DNA of 64,000 nucleotides from an uncultured Candidatus Saccharibacteria bacterium (GTDB lineage: Bacteria > Patescibacteriota > Minisyncoccia > Phycocordibacterales > UBA5272). Below, in pieces: positions 9,517 to 18,839 of the stretch (within the stretch, counting starts at the first letter, position 1; the number at the start of each line of letters is the position of its first letter). A program made the translations under genes and the position numbers. Location of the stretch: NCBI GenBank assembly GCA_964464695.1, contig CAYXKW010000005.1:8677-72676 (forward strand). The letters run 5' to 3'. Below the pieces are notes generated by a model. The model was not told the origin of the DNA and ran no database searches. It worked only from the letters and a program-made list of their open reading frames with translations.

Positions 9517-10023
9517 TTATGAGACTAGTTTTTTAACAAGAGAACTACTATTTAAAATAATATTGTGAGTACCAACTAAGTTTTTATGAATGTGTGAATT
9601 ATTATATTTTGTAAAAATAAAAGGAACAGTAGTATCAAATAAAAATCCATATGATTTTTGTTCTCTTACCTGTATATGTGTTTTGTATGGTAATTTATTG
9701 ATTATTTTTCTAAACCACACAAATTTCACTTGGTGGGGCGAAGCTATTGTTATAATGCTATCTATTTTTTTGTATAGTTCTTCTTTTAAAGAGTAAGAAA
9801 TAACTCCACCAAAAGAGTGTCCTACCAAAATAAACTTACCATCCTCTTTTTCTAAGAAAGAGTTAATCTCACCAATTAATGCAAGATGTTTACCTGTTTG
9901 GTGTAATGTATAAAACATCGGAAAATAAAAAACCTCCATACCTATGGATTCAAAAGCTTTTAAAATAAGATAATTTCTAAATCTAAAATTATGTATACCT
10001 TGTATAAAAATTACTTTTTTCAT
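9517..10023 (-). CDS. alpha/beta hydrolase, thioesterase or lipase-like
   Basis: GxSxG nucleophile elbow (LVGHSFGGVIS). 168 aa. Confidence 0.5.
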   Translation of the reverse strand: MKKVIFIQGIHNFRFRNYLILKAFESIGMEVFYFPMFYTLHQTGKHLALIGEINSFLEKEDGKFILVGHSFGGVISYSLKEELYKKIDSIITIASPHQVKFVWFRKIINKLPYKTHIQVREQKSYGFLFDTTVPFIFTKYNNSHIHKNLVGTHNIILNSSSLVKKLVS

Positions 10024-10031
10024 GAGAGGTA

Positions 10032-10946
10032 TTAAAAATCAACAAAAGACTTTGTTGGATTGTATTTTAACATATTTTTAGCTTTGTTTATAGAAAGATA
10101 ATGGTTAGAAGTCATCTGGTGGACTATGTATTTACTTATAAAAGGCGCTTTTTTAATACTTAATAACTTAAAAAGAATCTCTAATATAGAACCAATTAAA
10201 AAAGCTACTTTTGTTGATATATATAGATTTTTTGCTTGTATATTAAACTTCTTTTTAACATGTGCCATTAGGCTATTTATTTTTACTGATTCTTGGTCTG
10301 CGATGTTAAAAATTTCTTTCTGAAATTCTTCTTTTGTTTCAATGCTGTTTTTAATTGCCAGACAAAGATTATCTATATGCGTTATTGAAATAGTATTATC
10401 ACCACTTCCTAAAATAATAAATCTATTAAATCTATGAGACCTTAATAATCTTGGTATAATTTTTTTATCCATAGCACCATAAATGACATGCGGTCTTAGT
10501 ATTATTTTTTGTGATTTACTATCATGATTTAAAACAACCAGTTCTGCTTCATATTTTGATTGACTATACCCATTTAAAAAATTACCACACATAGATGCCT
10601 CATCAATTGTGTGATTGATGTCCTCAGGGTCATAGACACTACATGAACTTATGTATATAAACTTTTGCAAGTTAGAAAAACTATCTAATGTGTTTTTCGT
10701 ACCAACACAATTATTCTCATAGCATTCCTTATAAGTTGCCCAATCATCAACGGTTCCAGCACAGTGAACTAAAACATCAATTTGAACTGGGTGACTTATT
10801 TGCCCATTAGATATGTCCCAATAAGTAAAGTTCTTGTCATTTTTTCTTCGCGAGAAACCAACAACATCATAGTTGTGTTTTTGTAAGTAAGTATAGAGAG
10901 AACCCCCTACAAATCCATTTACTCCAGTGATTCCTATTTTTAACAT
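10032..10946 (-). CDS. NAD(P)-dependent SDR, epimerase/dehydratase/reductase family
   Basis: N-terminal Rossmann motif GITGVNGFVGGSL. Its start is translationally coupled to the upstream AMP-ligase stop, so it could act as a reductase (R) domain partner. Confidence 0.6.
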   Translation of the reverse strand: MLKIGITGVNGFVGGSLYTYLQKHNYDVVGFSRRKNDKNFTYWDISNGQISHPVQIDVLVHCAGTVDDWATYKECYENNCVGTKNTLDSFSNLQKFIYISSCSVYDPEDINHTIDEASMCGNFLNGYSQSKYEAELVVLNHDSKSQKIILRPHVIYGAMDKKIIPRLLRSHRFNRFIILGSGDNTISITHIDNLCLAIKNSIETKEEFQKEIFNIADQESVKINSLMAHVKKKFNIQAKNLYISTKVAFLIGSILEILFKLLSIKKAPFISKYIVHQMTSNHYLSINKAKNMLKYNPTKSFVDF

Positions 10947-12469
10947 AAACTGTTACTAGTGATATAGTATTTTATTTTGTTCTTATCTATTTTTTGTGTT
11001 CTACCACTAAGAGGAAGTTCCATTATGATGATTTTATCAGGAAGAGCTGTTTTATCTATACTGTGCTCTCCTTTGCTTAATTCATTAAATATTCTTTTCT
11101 CAAAAGTCTTATTATCCTCTTGTAAGGTCATATCTTTTTCAATAGCTAAATAAATTTTCTCATCTTCTAATTCATCATTATAAATTCCCACCATTGCACA
11201 GTTTTTAATACCCCTTATATTACTTATCGTAGATTCAAAAATTGAGGGGTATATATTATAATTTTTTCTTATAATCATGTCTTTTTTTCTCCCTAATAGT
11301 ACTAGCCCATTTTTATCAAGAGTCCCTAGATCTCCAGTGTAATGTTCTGTTACCTTATCTAGTCCGAGGTATCTATTAAAAAGATTTTTTCCAGAAACAC
11401 AAATTTCATTGTCTATTATTCTTATTGTGACACCATTTGCAACTGTTCCTAGTAAGTCACCATTTGTATTTAAATTTATCTTATCTTGTAACTCCACATA
11501 CGAGATGGGTAATATTTCCGTTGCCCCGTAAACACAGATAACTTTTGTACTTTTAGATATTATTGTATTTAGTTTAGATAAAAATCCTTTTAAAACAGGA
11601 GCTGAGCCTAGGACGATTGTTTCAAGTGTATTTGGAAGTTTTACATTGTTTCGAGAACAAAACTCCATTGTTTGATTATACTCGGCAGGGATTCCAAAAG
11701 TTTTGTTTACTTTAAATTTAAGTACATCTTTATAAAACTTATCTGTTTTAAAATTAAGGTTACTTGGCAATACTACTCGTGACCCTGACAGGATAGACGC
11801 TAATAAAAAATGAAGTTGTGAGGAGTAGAAAATGTCAGTATGTTGTATATTAAGAATTTCTTCAATTTTTTTAAGTATTTCAAATAAGGATTCGTAGGTA
11901 TGAACCACGCCCTTCGGAATACCCGTTGTGCCAGATGTAAAAATAATTACAGAGTCTTTTTGATCATCTGTGCGTATTTCAGTAAAATTAGACTTATTAT
12001 TTTCAACTTTTTTAACGAGTATTTTATTAAGTTTTCTGAGTGTACTTATATCAGGAATATTTATATGGAACATCTTTATGAGAGTTTCAATATAAGGGGT
12101 GTTAATTATAGTGTTGAGAATCGGATCTACTAATACGTGTTCTGGTTTTGCAAAGTTAACTCTCCCAATAAAATTATCTTTCCCCATTGATGGGTCAGCT
12201 AAGACTAAAACACCACCAGCTCTAATAATTGCAAATATATACACAATACTTTCAATACTTGGTTTTGCTAGGAATAAGACTTTGTCCTCTTTTTTAAAAC
12301 CATTCTTAACTAAACGAATTGCTACTGAATCAATCTGAAGTAAAAAATCTTTAAAACTAATTTTTTTACCATTAGTAGTTTCTATAATTGATGTATCTTT
12401 TAGAAACTCTTTTTGTGAAAATAGTTTCTCTAAAATAAGATTAGAATACAAATTAATCTGTGATTTCAT
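10940..12469 (-). CDS. AMP-dependent synthetase/ligase, an adenylation enzyme
   Basis: AMP-binding core motif IFTSGTTGIPKGVVHT. 509 aa. It overlaps the upstream ACP gene. Confidence 0.75.
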   Translation of the reverse strand: MKSQINLYSNLILEKLFSQKEFLKDTSIIETTNGKKISFKDFLLQIDSVAIRLVKNGFKKEDKVLFLAKPSIESIVYIFAIIRAGGVLVLADPSMGKDNFIGRVNFAKPEHVLVDPILNTIINTPYIETLIKMFHINIPDISTLRKLNKILVKKVENNKSNFTEIRTDDQKDSVIIFTSGTTGIPKGVVHTYESLFEILKKIEEILNIQHTDIFYSSQLHFLLASILSGSRVVLPSNLNFKTDKFYKDVLKFKVNKTFGIPAEYNQTMEFCSRNNVKLPNTLETIVLGSAPVLKGFLSKLNTIISKSTKVICVYGATEILPISYVELQDKINLNTNGDLLGTVANGVTIRIIDNEICVSGKNLFNRYLGLDKVTEHYTGDLGTLDKNGLVLLGRKKDMIIRKNYNIYPSIFESTISNIRGIKNCAMVGIYNDELEDEKIYLAIEKDMTLQEDNKTFEKRIFNELSKGEHSIDKTALPDKIIIMELPLSGRTQKIDKNKIKYYITSNSLC

Positions 12470-12695
12470 TGTTAATTACCTTTAGTACATCACCTAGGGT
12501 TTTATATTTTCTAAATAGTTCTTTATTTTTAGGCTCAATGGTATATTTATTTTTAACTACAGCCAAAAGCTCCCCAAGATCTATCGAATCTTTAATATAG
12601 ATAGAAAGATCAGAAGATTCATTTAAGTCTTCTTGTATCTCAAATATGTAATTTAGTATCTCCACTAAGTTATCTTGTGTCATTTTGCTATGCAT
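12453..12695 (-). CDS. acyl carrier protein (phosphopantetheine-binding)
   Basis: 80-aa acidic protein with a DSIDLGEL serine attachment motif. Confidence 0.6.
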   Translation of the reverse strand: MHSKMTQDNLVEILNYIFEIQEDLNESSDLSIYIKDSIDLGELLAVVKNKYTIEPKNKELFRKYKTLGDVLKVINNEITD

Positions 12696-13479
12696 TTTTT
12701 CCTTTATAAAAAGATGACTGCTCCTCTTTGTATTTATGGTGTAGTGTACCCATTACTTTATCCCAGAAAGAAAAATACAACCCGTAATTTAAATAACCAT
12801 ATTTATGATGCATATTATGGTGGATAGAACTTGTAAAAACTGCACCAAGTTTTTTATTCATAGTAGGGGTTAGGAATTCATACCCCAAATGACCAATTGT
12901 GTTTCCTATAGAATTAATAATAAATACTGCTACAACCGTATAAATATGAACTGGAATAATAAGACACATTAATATAAAATAAAATCCAAAAATAACATTC
13001 CCCAGAGGACTAAAAGAGAAATTTGTGAATGGTGTTGGGTTTTTATTTGTATGGTGAACCGCATGAGTATATTTGAAGACTGTCTCATGTGAATGCATGA
13101 ATCGGTGCACCCAGTAAAAATATGTATCCTGAAGTCCTGCAAATAATAGTATTGTAAATACAAAGTATAGATTACTGTGTTCAGAAATATCAAAATATAC
13201 TTTTGTATATCCATGATTTACTAAAGATATTAAAATATAGGCTATTATAATATAACAAAGCATGCTTACTGTAGACCATTTAATATCGAAAATAATACTA
13301 TCTTTGCTTGGTTCTTCGCTCTGAATTTTGTAGTCTCTTAAAGTGTTCTTTTTTAATTTATATACATAAAGATAAGCTATTGATCCTAGAATATAGTTAC
13401 AAGATAAAAAAACACCCACAAATAAATAAAAGTAGTTTATATGATCTATTTGCAATAAATTGTTTAGATTTGAAAGCAT
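12688..13479 (-). CDS. fatty acid hydroxylase / sterol desaturase family membrane di-iron enzyme
   Basis: Histidine boxes HRFMHSH, HAVHH and HHNMHH in a multi-TM protein. Confidence 0.65.
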   Translation of the reverse strand: MLSNLNNLLQIDHINYFYLFVGVFLSCNYILGSIAYLYVYKLKKNTLRDYKIQSEEPSKDSIIFDIKWSTVSMLCYIIIAYILISLVNHGYTKVYFDISEHSNLYFVFTILLFAGLQDTYFYWVHRFMHSHETVFKYTHAVHHTNKNPTPFTNFSFSPLGNVIFGFYFILMCLIIPVHIYTVVAVFIINSIGNTIGHLGYEFLTPTMNKKLGAVFTSSIHHNMHHKYGYLNYGLYFSFWDKVMGTLHHKYKEEQSSFYKGKNA

Positions 13480-13575
13480 AATTATGACTTAATAATAGCA
13501 CAATTTACCTAAAATTTTAAAAAATAACAGCACCAAAGATAAAGGTACTGTCATATGTTTTTCAACATGTAAAAT

Positions 13576-14250
13576 CTATTGTTTCCAAACACTTTTAAGG
13601 AAAGACCCGTATTTGAGGAAATGCAAAGTCTGTTCATGAACCTGCCCTGAAAAAACAAGTCCTGTGTGACTTGTAAAAACTTTTGTATGGGGGATATTCT
13701 CCCCAACCTGAGTTTCACTAACTAGGACAACACCGTCATTTTCAAGTAACTTTTTATAACCCTCAAGACCTTTAGCGTTGGGGAGTAAATCAAGCAACTT
13801 AAACGTCGACGCTACCCTAAACAGATTAAAAGTATCATCCGTTCCTGCGATAACGCCAATGCGAACAGGCGTGTCTAGTGGCATTGTCACTCCGTCAGTT
13901 GCGATCAATCTTATTGCCTTAGGTAACATCCATGAAGTTTTGCCTTGAGAGATGGTTCTCCCTAGGATAGACCCATTGAGTGGTGATCCTAAGCAGACAA
14001 CCTTTTCAAGACTTGGGAACTGTTTCAAGTGGTATGCCGTGATTGTGCCCCCTAAACTATGACCAACAATAACCTGAGGGCGAAAATCATTAACTTCTTT
14101 GATAAATCTAGTTGTGATGTCATCTGTTTCTGGAATGAGTGGGTAGCTAAAGACTTTTACATCATATCCAGCATCCTTTAACTTTTTTACGAAAGGTGAC
14201 ATCAAAAACGCATTCATGAACATACCGTGAACTAAAAGAACTTTGTCCAT
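13576..14250 (-). CDS. alpha/beta hydrolase; start chosen at the internal MDKVLLVHGM
   Basis: GHSLGG nucleophile elbow. HG oxyanion motif near the N-terminus. Confidence 0.5.
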   Translation of the reverse strand: MDKVLLVHGMFMNAFLMSPFVKKLKDAGYDVKVFSYPLIPETDDITTRFIKEVNDFRPQVIVGHSLGGTITAYHLKQFPSLEKVVCLGSPLNGSILGRTISQGKTSWMLPKAIRLIATDGVTMPLDTPVRIGVIAGTDDTFNLFRVASTFKLLDLLPNAKGLEGYKKLLENDGVVLVSETQVGENIPHTKVFTSHTGLVFSGQVHEQTLHFLKYGSFLKSVWKQ

Positions 14251-14306
14251 TGCTAATCTCCTGTAATTAGAACTACAAATAAGACTACAGGAACACAACG
14301 ACTGAG

Positions 14307-14837
14307 TCAATTTGTCTTTAAAGAAATAGAAAATATATAACCATTATCTTCAAAGAGATTACTTATCCAGGTACTGTTTTCCTTTTTCAGAGTTATATAG
14401 CCCTTAACGTAAGTTACTATTTTATATTGATTTGGATTAGAAATTGTTTCGTCAGATTTCTGAACAGACTCTTTCAAAGACCACATAACAGTTTCTTGGG
14501 TTGTTGTCTTTTTATAGAATTTCGTTAAAATAGACAATTCATTTTCATCGCAACAATAACTAAGTAGTTCTCTTTTTCTTGGACGTAAGTATTCAACATC
14601 AATGCCTATATTAAAATCTTTACACAAAGCCACAAAAACTATTTCCTGTGAATCAGAAACCGAACAAAATAAATCTTCATGGTTGGATATGTAGGGTTTA
14701 TTGTTTTTCTTTTTTATCACCACATCAAGACCAAAAGCATTTTTAGCTAAAGTTTTAAGTAGCAGATATTTATCTGTGATACTTTTGTTTCCTATCTTAT
14801 AAAATACAACTTTTTTGTTTAAAACTATTTTTTGCAT
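14307..14837 (-). CDS. 4'-phosphopantetheinyl transferase (Sfp/AcpS superfamily)
   Basis: YISNHEDLFCSVS ... FNIGIDVEYLRPR resembles the PPTase motifs (SISHS / GIDIE). Confidence 0.5.
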   Translation of the reverse strand: MQKIVLNKKVVFYKIGNKSITDKYLLLKTLAKNAFGLDVVIKKKNNKPYISNHEDLFCSVSDSQEIVFVALCKDFNIGIDVEYLRPRKRELLSYCCDENELSILTKFYKKTTTQETVMWSLKESVQKSDETISNPNQYKIVTYVKGYITLKKENSTWISNLFEDNGYIFSISLKTN

Positions 14838-14876
14838 TATTTACTGTATAAGTTTAGTATACTAGATACCATACTC

Positions 14877-15881
14877 ATGAAATCTAAAATTACAGCGCTG
14901 GCATACTATTTGCCAGAAAAAATAGTGACCAATAGTGAAATAGAGGCTAAGTTACAACAAAATAACCCTCATCTACACATACCTGAAAACATTATAGGGA
15001 TAACCACAGGTATAAAATCTAGAAGGTTTTGTGGTGAAAACGAATATAACTCAACGTTAGCATCTAAGGCGGCACTAGTTTTATTTGAAAAATATAGTAT
15101 CAACCCAAAAGATATTGATTTACTTATTTTTGCTTCAGCAGGACAGGATCTCATTGAACCTGCAACTTCTCACATAGTGCAAGATATTTTAAAAACATCT
15201 TGTAGAGTATTTGATATAAAAAATGCTTGTAATGGATTTATAGACGCATTAATTGTAGCAGATGCTTTTATTAAATCTGGAATACATAAAAATATACTTA
15301 TTGTAACAGGTGAGGTTTGTTCAAGTGTTATTAAATGGAATCTAAAAGATAGAGATGATTTAAAAAATAGTTTCCCAGGGTATACGTTAGGAGATATGGG
15401 GACAGCTATTTTAGTGCAAGAATCAAATAATGATTTTGGACTAGTAGTGAGTGAGTGTTTAAATGATAGCAGTAAATGGAAGGTTGGAACTCTACCAACT
15501 GGAGGATCTAGGCACCCTCGAGGTGATGAGTACACATATTTTAGTGGTGATGGTCCACAGTTGAGAGATTCTTTTGCAAAAATTGCACCAAAGTTTTTTA
15601 ACGATTTCCTAATAAAAAATAATATAGATAAAGATACTATTGACCATATCTGTATGCACCAAGTTTCTAAAGCTTACTTAGAAGAAATGGTTTCTTCATT
15701 GAAAATTGATCCTAATAAGATTATTCATACTGCGGAACAATTCGGTAATGTCGCCGCCGCCACAATTCCACTTCAGCTTGCACTATTAAATGAAAAAGAA
15801 AAGATAAAAAAAGGAGATAAAATTTTACTAATAGGTTTAGCGGGAGGGGTTAGTGTTGAGCTTGTATATATTATTTGGTAA
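14877..15881 (+). CDS. 3-oxoacyl-ACP synthase III-like (FabH/KAS III family) condensing enzyme
   Basis: MKSKITALAYYLPEKIVTNSEIE has a FabH-like N-terminus. Cys region NACNGFIDAL. C-terminal GNVAAATIPL. Start taken at an internal Met of the 14832 ORF. Confidence 0.7.
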   Translation: MKSKITALAYYLPEKIVTNSEIEAKLQQNNPHLHIPENIIGITTGIKSRRFCGENEYNSTLASKAALVLFEKYSINPKDIDLLIFASAGQDLIEPATSHIVQDILKTSCRVFDIKNACNGFIDALIVADAFIKSGIHKNILIVTGEVCSSVIKWNLKDRDDLKNSFPGYTLGDMGTAILVQESNNDFGLVVSECLNDSSKWKVGTLPTGGSRHPRGDEYTYFSGDGPQLRDSFAKIAPKFFNDFLIKNNIDKDTIDHICMHQVSKAYLEEMVSSLKIDPNKIIHTAEQFGNVAAATIPLQLALLNEKEKIKKGDKILLIGLAGGVSVELVYIIW

Positions 15882-17352
15882 ATAATTCTAATATTTTTTG
15901 TCTATTTGGTTTCAATGTATGAGTATAAGGAAAATCAGTACTGTTAAATAAAGTCACTTTTTCTATTTTAATATTGTTAGGTAATTTTGAATGAAGATGA
16001 TCTAAATCTATTGTAATCTTTTGTTCAGATTTTATTGCACAGTATATAACTGGGGAATCTTGTCTTAGTTCATGCACGATGCAAACCTCTTCAGTATCCG
16101 TAATAGTAGAGATAATATACTCCAAATCTTCAGCAAAAATCTTATCTCCAGTTGGCCATACAATTAGATTTTTAGTTCTACCTTTCAGTACTAAATTGTT
16201 ATTCTTATCAAAGTCAACAACATCACCTGTATTAAATTCAGTATTACTATAATTTGGATAATATCCTAAAAATATATTATCTCCTGATACCACTAGTTCA
16301 TTATTTTCATTTTTTGTATATTTTAAACCCTTTACAATCTGACCAACATTACCCTCTTTCCTTTTTTGGTTTATAGATATTGAGATAACAGGTGATGTCT
16401 CAGTTAGCCCATAACCAAGATGAACTTTATATCCGAGTCCTTGAAAGAAATCATCTGTTTCTTTGCTTAACATTGCCCCACCAACGACAAAACTTTTCAG
16501 ACTTGTACCTATTTGATTTCTGATAACACTAAACAATACTCTTCTTACTATACTTGGGGCATACGATGAAAGTATAATAAATCTCTTCACTAGATTTCTA
16601 ATATTTTTGTTACGAATCTTTCTAAGAATAGATGATTGTATTAAATACAAAACTTTAGGAACAACTATTATAGTTTTTATCTTATATTTTCTTATAGCTT
16701 TTATTATTTTAAATGAATCAGGTTTTTCTAAAAAAACTATATGTGAACCAACTAGCAGAGGTATTATTAGTCCTGTTGTTTGTTGATAAGCATGGGACAT
16801 TGGTAAAATACTAAGTACAGACTCTTCTTTTGTATGGTGATATATATCAAGAATTTGGTATGCATTTGTTAGAATATTCTTCTGACTTAGCATTACTCCC
16901 TTTGGTATACCCCATGTACCAGAAGTAAAAAGTATTTCTGAAACATCATTTGAATTGCTGTTAAATAATGTTTCTGTGCGTGTTTCTCGTGACAGTAGTT
17001 CTTCTATGTGTAAAACATGACCATTTTTTAATGTGTATGAATTAGAAATAACTAGTATAGGTTTAATATTTTCAATGACACTATCTATAAAGTTTTGACT
17101 TACTCTAGTGTCAACAGGCACTATTACCCCACCTTTTAAGATTACAGCAAAATAGATACAAACCCATTCTATATTTGGTATATCAAATAAAACAACCCTG
17201 TCACCTTTCTTCACTTCATGTAACTTAGAAATATATTTGTATATCTGCTTATACACATCACCATACGTTATATTAATTTCACTTTCAAAACTAGAAAAAG
17301 CAGTATCGTTGTTATCTTTAAATCTGTCTACTAATTGTTTGAAAGAGTCCAT
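15871..17352 (-). CDS. AMP-dependent synthetase/ligase, a fatty-acyl-AMP ligase-like second adenylation enzyme
   Basis: LFTSGTWGIPKGVMLS AMP-binding motif. 493 aa. Confidence 0.7.
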   Translation of the reverse strand: MDSFKQLVDRFKDNNDTAFSSFESEINITYGDVYKQIYKYISKLHEVKKGDRVVLFDIPNIEWVCIYFAVILKGGVIVPVDTRVSQNFIDSVIENIKPILVISNSYTLKNGHVLHIEELLSRETRTETLFNSNSNDVSEILFTSGTWGIPKGVMLSQKNILTNAYQILDIYHHTKEESVLSILPMSHAYQQTTGLIIPLLVGSHIVFLEKPDSFKIIKAIRKYKIKTIIVVPKVLYLIQSSILRKIRNKNIRNLVKRFIILSSYAPSIVRRVLFSVIRNQIGTSLKSFVVGGAMLSKETDDFFQGLGYKVHLGYGLTETSPVISISINQKRKEGNVGQIVKGLKYTKNENNELVVSGDNIFLGYYPNYSNTEFNTGDVVDFDKNNNLVLKGRTKNLIVWPTGDKIFAEDLEYIISTITDTEEVCIVHELRQDSPVIYCAIKSEQKITIDLDHLHSKLPNNIKIEKVTLFNSTDFPYTHTLKPNRQKILELFTK

Positions 17353-17439
17353 TTGGGAGTTATTATAACTACATTATAACATCTTTGTATATCGTAGTTT
17401 TATTAAATACATACTATAATGGTACTATTAAAATAAACT

Positions 17440-18261
17440 ATGAAAATAAAACAATCTAGTAAGAAATGGTATGTCGTACTTCTAATTCTTTTTATTTCTA
17501 CTATAGTTTATCTTTCCATACGACCAACAAATAATGCTGACTGGACTTTGGATCAGCAGATATTGCCATCTGCCAAGATTTCTAATGATTTAGTAACAAT
17601 CGAGAATGTCCGTAATTTTAGATATACGAATACAAGTGATTACACGCCTAATTACTACACCAAGACATATGATTTGAGTAAGATAAAAACAGTTGATTAT
17701 ATTGTTGAACCATTTGGAGAATTCAGTGGTGCAGCACACACGTTTCTTTCATTTGGATTTGAGGGAGATCAATATGTTTCAATCTCTGTAGAAATTCGCA
17801 AAAAGAAAGGACAATCATTTTCTCCATGGAAAGGACTGCTTAAACAGTACACCCTTGTCTATGTTGTTGCAGATGAGCAGGATGTAGTAAAACTAAGAAC
17901 AAATTACAGAAAGGATGATGTGTATGTATACCCAACTAGAATTGACCAAGCACATGCAAAACAATTGTTTTTAAGCATGATGCAAAGAGTTAACAAGCTT
18001 CATGATGATCCTGAATTTTACAATACTATCACTAATACTTGTACCACAAATATTGTTCGTCATGTGAATGAGGTATCAGAAGTAAAAGTACCCTTTAGTT
18101 ACAAAGTGCTTATGCCTGGATATTCAGATAAGCTAGCCTATGATTTAGGGCTCCTCGACACCACACTCCCATATGACAAGATACGAGAAAGGTATCAGAT
18201 TAATGATAAGGCTATGAAGTATGCTAATGACCAAAACTTCTCTATTAAAATAAGAGAATAA
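17440..18261 (+). CDS. hypothetical protein with an N-terminal membrane anchor, possibly DUF4105-like
   Basis: One TM segment (WYVVLLILFISTIVYLSI), then a soluble domain. No confident family assignment. Confidence 0.4.
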   Translation: MKIKQSSKKWYVVLLILFISTIVYLSIRPTNNADWTLDQQILPSAKISNDLVTIENVRNFRYTNTSDYTPNYYTKTYDLSKIKTVDYIVEPFGEFSGAAHTFLSFGFEGDQYVSISVEIRKKKGQSFSPWKGLLKQYTLVYVVADEQDVVKLRTNYRKDDVYVYPTRIDQAHAKQLFLSMMQRVNKLHDDPEFYNTITNTCTTNIVRHVNEVSEVKVPFSYKVLMPGYSDKLAYDLGLLDTTLPYDKIRERYQINDKAMKYANDQNFSIKIRE

Positions 18262-18331
18262 GCTTTGGTTCTTATAATTTAAGACTAACCGAAAAGCATT
18301 ATAAACGACGCTTCTCGTGCTAGCTGTTGAA

Positions 18332-18405
18332 GGTGACCCCACGGAGAGTCGAACTCCGCTTACCGGCATGAAAAGCCGATGTCCTAACCGATAGACGATG
18401 GGGCC
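18332..18405 (-). tRNA. tRNA-Glu (UUC)
   Basis: Reverse complement GGCCCCATCGTCTATCGGTTAGGACATCGGCTTTTCATGCCGGTAAGCGGAGTTCGACTCTCCGTGGGGTCACC folds as a cloverleaf. Acceptor stem is 7 bp, anticodon loop TTTTCAT gives UUC, and the T-loop is GTTCGACT. Confidence 0.85.
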
Positions 18406-18439
18406 AATATTATTATTCTATATGTACACTCTATCATTC

Positions 18440-18538
18440 CCTCCGGCATGAAAAGCCGACTGCGCCTCACGGCGTGATTTACTAATCACCTAACCGATAG
18501 ACGAATTAGCAGATTCGTGGCTTGGCCCGATGGGGCCA
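18440..18538 (-). pseudogene. tRNA-Glu-like 5' fragment (first ~43 nt) split by two hairpin-forming insertions, with no T-arm or acceptor 3' strand
   Basis: Reverse complement reads GGCCCCATCG [GGCCAAGCCACGAATCTGCTAATTC] GTCTATCGGTTAGG [TGATTAGTAAATCACGCCGTGAGGCGCAG] TCGGCTTTTCATGCCGG. The three blocks are identical to tRNA-Glu positions 1-10, 11-24 and 27-43. Confidence 0.6.
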
Positions 18539-18658
18539 ATTTATAGATACAACTTAGAGTAGCTTTTACCTACTAAAGTCCTTGTATACTAACACAAAAG
18601 TTTACTTTTTCAAAATCGGTGGTAGTGTTGTATACTATATAACTATAAGAGCGGTTGG

Positions 18659-18680
18659 CTCGAGAAGCTTGGCTTCAAAG
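18659..18680 (+). promoter_or_regulatory. conserved palindrome-core motif TCGAGAAGCTTGGCTTC(A/G)AA about 90 bp upstream of tRNA-Val
   Basis: The same 20-mer occurs on the minus strand at 61191-61210 and 61316-61335 upstream of tRNA-Ile. It is followed by a perfect 10-bp hairpin at 18683-18706. Confidence 0.4.
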
Positions 18681-18766
18681 ATGCTTGAAACCAGCAGGTT
18701 TCAAGCGCAAGATGGTAGATATATCAATGCGTATACAAAGTGTGCCGGTGAAACAAATATAAACAC

Positions 18767-18839
18767 GGGCGGTTAGCTCAGTTGGTAGAGCGCCACATTG
18801 ACGTTGTGGATGTCAGAGGTTCGACTCCTCTATCGCCCA
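18767..18839 (+). tRNA. tRNA-Val (GAC)
   Basis: GGGCGGTTAGCTCAGTTGGTAGAGCGCCACATTGACGTTGTGGATGTCAGAGGTTCGACTCCTCTATCGCCCA. Anticodon loop TTGACGT gives GAC. Acceptor stem is 7 bp. Confidence 0.85.
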
